Positions 36,995 through 49,900 of a stretch of 64,000 nt of DNA are shown in pieces. Position 1 is the stretch's first letter; each line of letters starts with the position of its first letter. A program made the position numbers and the translations under genes. The DNA comes from Balanoglossus misakiensis. Its lineage: Eukaryota > Animalia > Hemichordata. A model generated the notes under the pieces. The model was given only the letters and a program-made list of their open reading frames with translations, had not been told where the DNA came from and did not search any database. The DNA is taken from positions 11,338,454 through 11,402,453 of the forward strand of contig CM082596.2 of the NCBI GenBank assembly GCA_040954595.2, written 5' to 3'.

Positions 36995-39623
36995 CATCAA
37001 TCAATCAATCAGTCAATCAAAAGGACTTATAGAGCACCAAACTCCACTGCAATAGTGTTCAATAGCGCTTTACAATGTAAAGTTACTGTTAATAGGCTCT
37101 GTTAAACAGATAAGTCTTGATGTGTTTCTTGAAACTGTCAAGGCTAGGTGACTGGTATACTTCTATTGGGACATTGTTCCAAATGAGTGGGGCGATATAC
37201 GAAAAAGCATGATCGCCGTACGTTTTCTTCTTACTCCATGGTACATGAAGTAGAAATTTGTCATTTGATCGAAGAAGTCTTGTTGAAGTTTTCAGATGGA
37301 TTAAGTCAGTGATGTAAGCTGGTGCTGTGTTGTTTAATGCCTTATATGTCATAAGCAAGATCTTGTATTGGATTCTATAGTGTACAGGCAGCCAATGTAA
37401 ATCCATGAGAACAAGAGTAATATGATCCGTTTTACGGGTACGAGAAACGATCCTGGCTGCAGAATTCAGGGCATGCTGTAGCGGTTGAATGCATGATGAT
37501 GGTAAACCACAGAGTAGTGCATTACAGTAGTCCAGTTTTGATGTGATTAGAGCATGAACCAGCATCTGGCAAACTTCCTTAGTGAGGTAACGGCGAATGT
37601 GGCTGATTTGACGCAGATGGAAGAAAATTGACTTGCAAATTGCATTAATGTGCTTATTGAAAGTGTAATTGTCGTCGAATGTCACACCTATATTCCGTGC
37701 AGAATTCACAATTTGAACACAACATGATCCAATGCTCATGTGGTTTATGGGACGAGGCGAGCGGTTGAACTGAGACCTTATCAGGAGTACCTCGGGTTTG
37801 CCACCATTGAGTTGAAGTTTATTATGTGTCATCCAGGTTTTTATTTCGTGAACTGCCCTTTCCATCTTGTCTAATGTACTATCCAGTGCCATACAAATAT
37901 CGTTGTTGACTTTAGTAAGTGCTGTTTCGGTACTGTGATCCTTTCGGTACGCTGACTGCAGTGGTTCTTGTAGTGAGTTGGTAGTCAAATATGATGTCAG
38001 TTGTTGTGCTACAATCTTCCCGATTACTTTTGACAGGAAGGTTAGGTTTGAAACAGGTCTATAGTTCTTGAAAATGTTTTTGTCGAGCGAAGGTTTCTTG
38101 AGTACATTGGTGTGATGACTGCTATTTTAAGTTATTCAGGAACAGTTCCAGTTTTGAGTGACAAATTGATAATTGTGGCTATGATAGTGAGCAGATTACC
38201 AAGACATTGCTTAACAAGTGCTGTAGGGATGAGATCAAGTACACGTGTTTTAGATGGAGAGCCAGAGATAACTTTGCTGATTTCTTCGTCTTTAGCTGTG
38301 TGGAATTCAGGAAGTGTTGATGAGACTGCTGGGTGCAGAAATTGGTAATCTTTTGAAGTAGGGTTTACCATGTCAAGGCTGGAACGGATAGACGTGATTT
38401 TAGTGATGAAATATTTACTGAATGAATCTGCTAAGTCTATTTTCGCAGTATGGTCAGGTAGAGTCTTTTCTTGTTGCTTGCCAGCCATGGTTGATATGAT
38501 TTGAAATAGTGACTTCTGGTTACCATACTTTTCCTCAATTAGATGTGAGAAGTATGACTTTTTGGCAGCTCTGATTAAGTGATTGACATTTCTGCACTCA
38601 TGTTGATATATCTCACGATGAATCTCCAGCTTAGTTTTTCGCCACAGATGTTCAGCCTTCCGTCTATTCTTTTTTGCAATGTCGATTTCATGAGTATACC
38701 ATTTGGTACCTGGACGTATGATCACTGTACGCTTTTGAAGTGGTGCGTGGGCTTGAAGAACTTCACTGACGTGTTGGTTATAAGCTGATATGGCTGAGGA
38801 GAGGTCATTTGGAGGCTAGGACATTTGATGTATTTTGTCGAGATCATGGCTGAAACTATCAATTGAAATGGCAGATACGACGATAAGATATTTGACGTCT
38901 ACTGTGTGTTGGTTTCGGAAGAGCAAGTTTTGCATTGACAGGATTGTGATCAGAGAGTTCCAAGCAGTCTACAGAGACACTCTTGATGTTAGACGCAGAG
39001 TTAGATAAGATGAGATCAAGAGTATGACCCTTTCTGTGTGTTGGTTGTTGGACCCATTGTTTCAGATTACAGGCGCTGATGATTCCATTGAATTTCTGTG
39101 TTACTGGATTCTTATCATCTTCTAGGTGAATATTGAAATCTCCTACGATGAAGAGATTACTTGAGCAGGTGACATACTTCTCAAGTGTTGTACTGAACTC
39201 TTCCATGAACTGTGGTGCGGTGAATTTATTCTTAACTGATGGTGGTGGACGGTAGACAAGAATTATTTTCATGGAAAGTTTCTGGTGAAGAATAGTTGCT
39301 TCCGCTGTCTCAAAAGATTTAACAGAGAGAATAGGCTTCCAAGCTGTTAATTTTAGTGCTAGCTTATGAATTTAAGCTAAGTCTTCACCGATCTTGCCAA
39401 CCTCAGGTAGATGTTTGACAGCATAGCCTGGTGGTGTACATTCAGCCATTACGTGTTCGTCACCAGATTCCTTCAACCATGTTTCAGTGAGTACAAGAAT
39501 ATCAATGTCTTTATCTGTGATGTAGTCTGCAATGTCTAATGATTTGCATCTAGCTGAGCGGACATTCCATGTAGAGAGTAGAAGTTCACACGTATTGTGG
39601 ATAGGGTGGATCTTGAATACTGC
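36995..39623 (-). mobile_element. CR1/L2 LINE ORF2 relic, copy 2
   Basis: Same as 13783-16411. Confidence 0.93.
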
Positions 39624-39626
39624 ATA

Positions 39627-41006
39627 TGTTACCCTTGAAAAATTCCAATAAAAACGATGGGCTAGCTGGGCGTGAGCAAACTCGACAAGGGTAATCAACA
39701 AGTTTCGTTCATGTGAGTTGGGTCGTAGGATTCGTGGTGATTGCGGTAGCTTTGGGAACACAGGCCGAGTGAAGGGTGTGTGGACAAAATGACACAAAGA
39801 CACTTTAAATTCAACGAAAGAAATATAATTAATAGTAAATCTATCAACATCCGAAATGTAAAAGGAGCTCTATCAAAACCTGTTTCCTTAACAACTAACA
39901 CCTTCCTGAAGAAAACTGGCGTGGCACAACCTGCCGCGAGTCCGGTCAAAGTTCAACAGTTATTAAACGAACGTGACGCACAATCGAGTTCTGGCGATGA
40001 GGGCGCTGTCCCGCACTCAACAGTCGCGTCGATCCGCTTCCAAAATCCAACGGAGAGAATCCTCTAACAATCAATGCAAATATCTCAAAGTCCGCTCGTC
40101 GCAAACGCTCCAAGTGTATCCAGGCGTAAAGCGGAGCTTGATGACGAAGCGCTGATCAGTTCCGTGATCGGCAAATCGATCGTAGGGTCGAGTGTTCCTG
40201 CTCGTATATGATTCGTTCAAAGTTTGTAGACGTTGGGGGTCAAACAATGCGGCTCATTGCATTCCCCACACGCCGTGGTTCGAAGAACCTAGAAAGGCCG
40301 TAACTTTATCAAATCCAGTCCGATTTTACACGATTAGCGTTGATGGGGTCGTACTTACATCAGCTTTCGGTTCGTGAAGCATCGACGTTGAGAAACCTGC
40401 GCGAGTACCCGTAATCGTTGGATCTCGGCGATCGGTGTCTCAGTAATCAGCGTGACAATAACAATGGTTCGTTCAGGTACAGCAGACCTGTCGTTCGAAA
40501 TAGTCGATGAAATGCTTCTTACGTAGGGATCTCACGAAGACTAGCTCAAATAATGTTAGTTAACATCCGGCTCTCCTCGATTCCCATTCAAGATGCAATT
40601 TCGTCGTACGATTCTGCCGATGGTTCGGATTTTTGTGGAGATTCCACTCTCGTCAATACAATCGGACAACGGCCATATTAAAAAGTTCCCTTTTTACTCA
40701 CTAGTTCATCGCCGTATTACACCCGCCAAACCTTCGACTGAATACACGCGGTACTGCCTGGACGGAACAAATTCAACTTTCCAGTAGCAAATATTCGATC
40801 AATAACAATAAAAGAGCTTTCATACAGAAACATCATAACTCGAAATCGAATACCTAACAAGAAATACAGTCAACACCTGCAGACTACTTCAATTGCGTAA
40901 TCACAATAAACAGGTAAAGTCAGTAATCAAAAATGTATCAAATATACGATATATGCGGGGTCATTCCACTATGCTCTGAGGGGTGCAAATTCAATGGTAT
41001 CACATA
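39627..41006. other. 1380-bp CpG-rich segment present only in copy 2; identity unknown
   Basis: The offset to copy 1 changes from 23212 to 24592 here; bounded by catatgttacccttgaa and catagttactcttcaa. Confidence 0.9.
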
Positions 41007-44000
41007 GTTACTCTTCAATAGATATTTAGTGACTCGCTAACTGTTGCGATTCGTGTGTGTGTAATTTACGTACTTCAAGTTAAATATCGCAACTAGCCGT
41101 AATGTTTGACTAGGGGGAGCACCTATACTAATGCGAGAACCAGGGATTGAAAGTTGCACCTGTATTTTGATCCCTTAGTTACCCTTATAAGTACATTTGT
41201 AGTCTAATAACCATAGCTCTATTGCAAACCATTCTTTCCGTAGTTTCTTGTTTCAAATATTGTAATCTGAATTTATTTTGATGTTTAACAGGTGTGATTA
41301 TCTGTATTTGCGACCATTTTGAAAAAAATTGGTTGCCATGGAAACTCTTCAACAGATATTTAGTGACCGGACGCGCAGTGTTTCCGGTTTATGTTCTGCA
41401 CGTATATCCTTGATGAAGTTTGCTGGCTAGAGGGCTCCTAAACCTCCCTAATATTTGACGTCTTCACTCCTACAGGACTGCGCAGCTGGAAGTTAAAGTT
41501 CAGCATGTTCTGAAGCATGCACGCTGTGTCCAGGGGTTTCATGTGTGGAACAGCCAGCCTCTCATCACCAACATAATGCGGACTGGGATATTTTGCCAAC
41601 AATGGAAGTATAGACTGTACGCCTTGTCCTGCCCCGGGTATAAGTGCCAATATGATGGTATGTCGGAGCCAGAGGTGTGTGAAGATGGATACTACACTAA
41701 TATAGATGATGAGTCAGCACTTAAAGTTTGGGCATTACTGAGTAATCTTTCACTTAAGGCGGACGATCATCTTATGTGCATGTACGTAATTCTGTGCGTA
41801 CAAACATTACGTCCAGTCCAAATATTCTGCCAATTTTACATCCAATGCATTCAAATAGTGGACTGCTTCGCTTTCATCCAGTTTTCATGTGCATCGTATA
41901 AGTAGACTATTGTTTTGTCCCGTCTTTTCACCAAATTTGCTCTTTTCCAAATCTCCGACACAGACTATGATCGTCAAGATCTTGTCTGTTGTTAGAACAG
42001 CACACTGCCGTATGGCATTGACTGTATACAGTTTCTGTTACCAATATCTCTGGTTTGGCATTTTCCTGTCCTCGAAATCAATCCAGAGATTTTTGTCTCC
42101 CCAACCCGCGTGAGAATCCCACGTCTTTGAAGGTATGACTGTGACTATAAGATTCTATAAATCTCTGTTTATTTTCAGCACAAATATCATGTGCTGATTG
42201 CCCAGCTGGTAACCAATGTCCAAATGGTAACACTGTGATTTTATGCTCGGCTGGTTATTACAGTTCGGCTTTGGACAAAGGATGTCTCGCTGTACCTCTT
42301 GCATAACAGGTAAACTTCTACCCACCCACCTTTATTTCCAACATCAAACATTAGGTCAGGTAATTTACTAACTGAAAAATAGGATGGGAACATTTTCTAT
42401 TTCTGTATTTAAAATTTACTGATATAATATATGAATAAAAAAATGACAATTTTTCCAAATTTGAATAGACCTCTATTTATGAAAATAATTAAAATTTGCA
42501 CCAAATTTTTACAGTGGTATTCAAAGGTTAACTTGGTGTGTAAATTCTCTGTTTGATTTACAGATCAAATGGTGCTGAACATTGTACTATTTGTGAGCAA
42601 GGGTACGCCTGCACAGATCAGTGTACATCGCAATTCAAGTGTACCAAGGGTTACGTGTCATTGGCTGGTGCAACAAACTGTACCATATGTACAAATGGTA
42701 AGATTGTGGTACTTGTTCAGTTTGCTGTGTGATGAAACTGAGGGGTATGTGTGTATGCATGTATGTGTTTACAACAGATTTTTAAGTCAGTGCGACTGGG
42801 GGTATGTGTGTGTGTGTGTATGTATGTATGTGTTTACAACAGATTATCAACTCAGTGCGAGATCTTGCGAGACCCGGTTAGCCATGTGAGATCTCGCAGA
42901 GTCTTATGATATTCAGAAAATGGTTGATTAGAAATGACGTTTAATGTCCTCCAAAGAATTTTCTACATGCCTGTATACTTGTCTCAGAATTATGAAGTGA
43001 ATCATCTCAAGTAATTTGTTATTTTAAATGACACTGTATCACAAATACTTCACTAAAAACCTCATTTTCTTTGATCAGATGAAATAAGTGAGGAGCCTGC
43101 ACGCACATCCCATCTTCTGTGCCCTGCTGGACAATCGTGTTCAGATCCAATGTAAGATCCGCTTGACTGTGGCAATGGTGAATATGCTATGGAAGGCGAC
43201 GGCACATGCACGCCTTGTCCAGCAGGATCCAAGTGTCCAACCATGTCACCCGTAGTGGATGATTGTTCAACAGTTACTGGTAAGTTGGGCTGCAAATCAC
43301 TCTTGTGACTTCCCTGTGTTATAGCATGACATACACAGAAAATTAAACTGTTATGCTCATTGGAGTTGATATTGTGATGCACTTTGAAAAACACAATGAT
43401 TCCACTGAAGAGGTATTGTACAGTAACACCGGTGATTACGGACATCTCTCTAATAAGGGATCGTTGGACCAAACCAATCGTTCTTTGAATTTTTTCTGTG
43501 ATAGGTTCATACTCGCTAGGTTCGGCCACGTCCTTCTGGTTATGAATGCACAACTACAAGTGTCACACAGTGCGCTACAGGGCAGTAAAGTGTTGAAGGA
43601 GGTAAGTCTTGAAATCTCTTTTCTTCTGGTCTCGATTTGAACATGGTTCCACAAGTTGTTTACATCACTTGTAGTTTTACATATTTTTTGAGTTCAACAG
43701 CTATGCTATACATGGTGTCCTGAGAAGTCGACCAGTATGAGAAGTCGGTATCGGCCAGTACGAGAAGTCGGCCTGTGGGAGAGAACCCTGGTACTTTGTG
43801 TTATATATAACTGTTTCACTACGAAATGTTTCCTTGATGTACAGGAGCTGAGATATTTGTACAAATAGCCGATGAATTTTAAAACTGTCTGTTCACTTTG
43901 CATGTACGTCACCGGGGTACGTCAACATCAGTCACCTGCACTTCTTGCGCTGCGCCAGTAGTCAGTTCCTCGTCACGTTTGTTTGTTTGGTGTTGTCTCA

Positions 44001-46516
44001 AAGTATGCATATACACATACATCTTCTATGTATTTTAGTAGGCTTTGAAACAACTCCCTGTAAAGGGACAAAGTCTCTCTCTCGCTGCCCTTTTTCCATT
44101 AATAATATTTGATACAAGACACCATTTATTTATTCTAAATGTGGATATATAGTGAATCAACGTTCAACCACACACAACTTCAATCCAACTTGTAGACACG
44201 AGAGTGAAAAACTTGCCAAAATGAATAATCGTTGTTTACCATTTATTCATTTTGGCGGGATTTTTACACTCATATCCTACAAACGGGATGGAATTTGTCT
44301 GTAGTTGAATGTGGATTCTCAATATATCCACATGTAGAATAATGTGAACGGTGTCTTGTATCAAACATAATTAATGGAAAAAGGTTTGCGCGAGAGAGAC
44401 TTTGTCCCTTTAATCAGAAATGTCACAGGAATTTGGCGAACAACCTAAGCTCCTTACGCGGATACGGGGCTGGGGAACCGGTACGGATGCCAGACGCCAT
44501 TATTTGAAATGACGCCATTGTGTTGTCAAGAATTTGGGAAATCCGTCCAAATGAAAATATTTAGTGCAATTATATTTTATTAAGTGTTGTTATAAGTAAT
44601 CTGGGTCATCACTGCACTATTCGGGTACAAGTTCAACAACTGGCCGACTTCTCGTACTGGCCGACTTCTCATACGCGCGTACTGGCCGACTTCTAATCTG
44701 GCCGACTTCTCATGTATTCCTATACATTAGTGAAAATTGGGGAAACTGGTGTTTTTCAGACAACTTATGAAGTCCCTTTCGCAGTATTAACTCTAAAACA
44801 GCGGGTGATATTCCTTTTAAAATTTAACCAAATAAGCATACTTGAACTCTGTCATATCGGCAAAACACTCACTACACAAGCTGCTGTTATTCTACAGACA
44901 TGACATGTGCTGATTGCGGCGTAGGTAACTACTGTCCAGATGGGTCAGACAGCCCCATTCCTTGTCCATCAAGTTATTATGCTGACACAGCCACAGATGT
45001 ATCCTGTACCCCTTGCGATCCAGGCTGTCAGTGTGCAGCAACATCACCCACTTGCCTGCACATCAAGAACCTACTCTCTGGGACCATCAACAACATGTAC
45101 TCCCCTTCTACCAGGTTTGTAGTCGTCTTAGTCGTAAAAACATATTTAAGGTGTTGCGCACCTCGAAATAAAGGGTCGTCTGATCATGTTTAAATTAATA
45201 CTGATGATACTATGACTTCTAAACATTTAATCTATGGAATAAAAATTGGGGGTCAACCATCTAGAGTTTTGAAAAAGCGCCCTTTATCTAGCACCTCTTT
45301 CAGATTTTGCCAGGCTCGTAGATTTTTGTAAAATGGCCTCAAAAATAAGAATTTTGGGAGGTTTGTCATATTTTTTCACCATTGTAGAATCTAAATGTTC
45401 TGAATTATTTTATTTTTAGCAATTTTGAGATTGATTCATATTCAGTATGATAATCGCATGTCAATACAACTGTTACATTAAAGGAAAAGTTCAAATCCGC
45501 CTAAAACCACATTGCATTGGTACCTAGTTAAGTTGTCCTCACTTCTGACGCAAAATTTTGATGTGCAATGCACGTGTCTGTGAAATTGACGAATAAAAAA
45601 ATTGTATACCAGTGCAAAATTAAAAACTCCCTGTGCAGCCATCTTGGCAACTGCATGCTGGGAAAAGTACTCGGATGATGACGAAAAAGTTTCGGGGTTC
45701 CGTGTAGTGCTACCCCGGAATACAATGTTGGGTGCAGACTACAACTATGGAAAAGAGATGCAGAATGTCATGTGATATAGTAGTGAAAACAAATACACGT
45801 TGGTTCACGTATTTCAGCTCTCAGCAATCAGGGTGCATTGAAAGGCCTTGATTGGTGTGATATTCACAATTGATTATTATAAATACTTACAGTTGTATAC
45901 TGTTTTATTTTGTAAATATTGTGTACATTTGCAGCAATGAATCCGTGCGAACACAAACCTTAACCCATGCCGGAATGCTGGTACTTGCCAAGCAATCCAG
46001 GGATCTTGTACAGGCGTCACATGTCAATGTGCTGGCTGCTACCTGGGCTTCACATGTGAAACACGTGAGTACAGTACTTTGTCATTTATTAAAAAATCTA
46101 AGTGCTGAGGTACATTGTAGTAATAATAGCAGGTGTAGTCATTATCATCATCATCATCATCATCATCTTAAAGTCAGTCATATGATCGGTAATAAAAACA
46201 GTAAAATCACCAGTATAAAAACATAACAGAGAAATAATGAACGTGTACTGGTGTTACCATAGGTAAGTGTTGTATAAAATTTTGAATTCCTGTCTTCCAG
46301 TTCCTAATCCATGCTTCACTAGTCCTTGTCTCAATGGAGGTACCTGCCAACAACAGGCAAATTCTTGTACTGCCACCATTGGCATGTGCACAGAGTGTTA
46401 CTAGGGAACCAGGTGTGAGACAAGTAAGTTTGAATCTATAGCAGTTAATAATGATAATTATCATTTTTTTTATTATGATTTAAACTTCACTGATGTTGTA
46501 CAAACACAAAAATAGA

Positions 46517-46984
46517 AATAATAATAATAATAATAATAATAATTTATTTGTATAGCGTCAGTATCCACAAAAAATGTGATCAATGATGCTTAAAGCAAAA
46601 GTACAATACAACAAATGGCTAAAAAACAGATTTAAAAAGTAAAGTTTTAACATTTGATTTAAAAACAGATAAGTCTGGTGCCTGGCGAATGGTGAGTGGA
46701 AGATTATTCCAAAGAATTGGAGCAGCAACAGTAAAAGCACGATCACCATAACTCTTGGTGCGTGATCGAACAGGGCAGAGTTTGAACTGATCAGCTGACC
46801 TTAAATTGCGACACGGAACATATAGATTAGTCATGCTAGAAAGATAGATTGGACCAAGTTTATGAATGGATTTAAAAATGAGAACTAACATCTTAAAAAC
46901 AATACGCTCTGTAACAGGTAGCCAGTGCAACTGATACAAAATTGGAGTGATGTGACAGGTGATTTTTGAACGAGTAACAATTAG
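46517..46984 (-). mobile_element. CR1/L2 LINE 3' fragment, copy 3
   Basis: ORF 46619-46939. Confidence 0.9.
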
Positions 46985-49900
46985 AAAGGGATAGCAGCTT
47001 AGCTCTATTCCGTTTCCAAAGTGTTTGTTCTTTTAAACTACCTGTGCATTTTTTTTATTTATTCTGATTATGCTAATATGCTAATTTGTTGGTTTGTCAC
47101 ATCACAATTTTTGTAGGAAACTCACCCCTGGGAATTTTTTTCAGTCACTTACATACATTCATAATCACATGACATTGATGATCATGGAAAATTTGACCCT
47201 TTTCCTTGTAGGACTCAACCAGTGTCCACCAAATCCGTGCCATCTGTCAACCGGCTCGAAATTCCTGCTTTGATCTCACCTGCATATGTACTGGTTGCTA
47301 CAAAGGTGATAGGTGTGAGATATGTAAGTATACAGCGCAGTCTCTTTTACCTTTTGTCTCTGATGCATTCAAATACTGCATGTTTCCTGAGCATAGGTGT
47401 AGCCATCACCACAGCAGAGCTTGGAGAGTTCTTGACATCGAATGCAAGATTACACTCTTCCCAATCAAAATCACTTTCGTAGCGCATAATGTCTTGATTG
47501 CCTTAGTTCAAGAAACATTATGCGCGACTGGCCAATTTTACTGCCTTTTGTCAACGCACATCCACTATGGAAATTCTCACTCCAGGCCAGATAGTGTAAA
47601 TTTGCATATGAGTCTACAGGTATGCTTGAAGTCAAGTCAAGCATTTGCAAGGAACCCTCCTCCAGTACACAGGTCTTTGATTTCATGAAGGGAAGCCCTT
47701 GCCTCACAGTCACTGCCACATGATCTATGGAGGTGTGAACAACTTGATACCAGCCTAATATAAGTTGTAGGCACAATCACTCCACACACCCTTGCCATAA
47801 TTCTGCACAGCCTTGTGAAATACCCGGACTGTTAGACAAAAGATGCTTGTTTTGGACGCTGTCAGACTCAGAGGTGCCAAATTCCTGTTTAACTTGTCCA
47901 GATGTGTTCCATAAATGATCGCTGCGTTCAACCACGTTGCACTTTTCTCGTCTTCTGCGAGATGTTCTAAGGTGTTTGTGACAACTTCACGCAAAACGCG
48001 AGACTTTGCGTTAGTTTATACACAGTTTATTTGCAAATTGGATTATTGGGATTTACCTGGAAATAATGTATGCAAAAGAACATCATTTCAAGAAAAAACT
48101 GGAGTTGCGCGTCCTTCTTTCTCTAGTGTCCATGGTCAAACAAGTGAGTATATACTTTCAAGACACCCTGCAAACAAACAAGCAATCTTCATTCCGTAGA
48201 TCTTTAAGCATATTTATGCATTGTAAATTTTGATGTGAAACTTCAAATTTTATTGGTCTTGTTGCCAAACTTCTGAAGAAATGAGGATATTGTTTTGAAG
48301 GGTATTTTATCAGTAGATAACAAATACCATGGCCCTCCATGCAAATACCCACATGGTAAATTAAAACTGTTGCAGGTGTATTTGATTTCCACATATGGAT
48401 TACATGTGGGATAATATTGGGTGCTGGCAGTTTCAGTAAATGAACTGCTCTATTGCTGAGATAACAATAGGTTGCACTTTTTATTGCAGTCCAAGATCCA
48501 TGCCAGCGAAACAGCTGTCTCAACGGGGCTGTATGTAATGCAGTGGCCAACTCCTGCACGGCATATACCTGTGCCTGTACTGGTTGCTATGAGGGTAACC
48601 GTTGTGAAATATGTAAGTTTCTGACGTACCGTAAATGACAATCTTTTGGGCACTTTCTCTTCATAGCAATTGAATTGTGTGGTAACTTCTCATTTCTAAA
48701 ATTTCCCCAAGAGAAAAGAAAGGAAAAGAAAACAGAAATTTCATTTGTATGTCTGTGCAATTTAGGATAGGCACGAACTTGTGAGGAAGTGTACGAAGCT
48801 GGATGTTTTCATCACTCAAATATACAAGAGTTGCCTCTTGAAGACTAGTGTCTGTAGAGATAATTGTGCATGTGAGGTAATCTCTCCTAAGGTGGTGCAC
48901 ACATCTGAGTATTAAGTAAAAGAGACGTCCTTAATTATCCTTACTATTTGGCTTGAAAAATCAATCTTTAATACTAGGTGTTCTGATTAGAGAGGTGTCC
49001 ATGAGGTGACTACACCTGTTTCTGCCAGTAGTGTTGGACTGGGGCCATCTGTGCCGTAGGTGTGTCGAATTACTGTTTTATGACACAGCGTGGTATATAA
49101 ACCCTCATTTTTGGTATTCTCAATGTGATAGATGGACCCATACACCAATAAATGGGGTGGAAGCATTACAAAGTTTCATCCTTTCAAAATTTGCTGATGT
49201 AGGGTCAAAATTGAGTGTGAGGTGCACGTTAAAAAGGAAAGCCTTCTGTATCATGTTGATGGCACATTTTTTAATTTTTCAAGATCCTTACAGAAAAATC
49301 CTAGCAGCATTATGTTATTTTAAATGTACAGGTTTGAAACAAGGAATGAAGACATTGCTCACATATATAATTTAAACAAAATGAACATCACAAGTACATG
49401 TACAAGTTTTTGACAAGCAGGTCATTGATACTTTCATTTTTGTTTTGGCAGCCATTGATCAGTTATACTCTATGCCTTGTCAAAATGTGGTGGCACATGC
49501 GTTGCGTGAGACGGCTGTTTCCTGTTTGACTGTATGTGTACCGAATGCTTCACTGGTGCCACATGTACAATGCGTAAGTACAAACCAATATTATTTTATT
49601 CAATGCAAAACACTTGTTATGTATTATATAATATAAATACGGTACACATATTAAAGCCCTGGTAACTCAAACTTTGGGCTAGCTTAATGTTATCACTATT
49701 TTTGTTTTCGGTTGCAACTGTGGTTTCTTGTCACACTCTAAAGGATTTGACAGCATTTGGTTTTTCAAAACAGCCCTTTGGTTGTTGTCATGTATACATG
49801 TACATGACTGTGGAGTGTAGTTTGTAGATTCTGTAATTTTGACAATATCTTGACTGCACATCCCACAGCTGTCAACCAGTGTCAACCCATCCAGTGTCGG

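Larger units (their letters stand above)
19945..44536. repeat. Macro-tandem repeat copy 2 (24,592 bp)
   Basis: Colinear with copy 1. Gains three extra ~1.5-kb cassettes and 1380 bp; lacks the 774-bp MITE insertion, the 393-bp duplication and a 93-bp segment. Confidence 0.98.
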
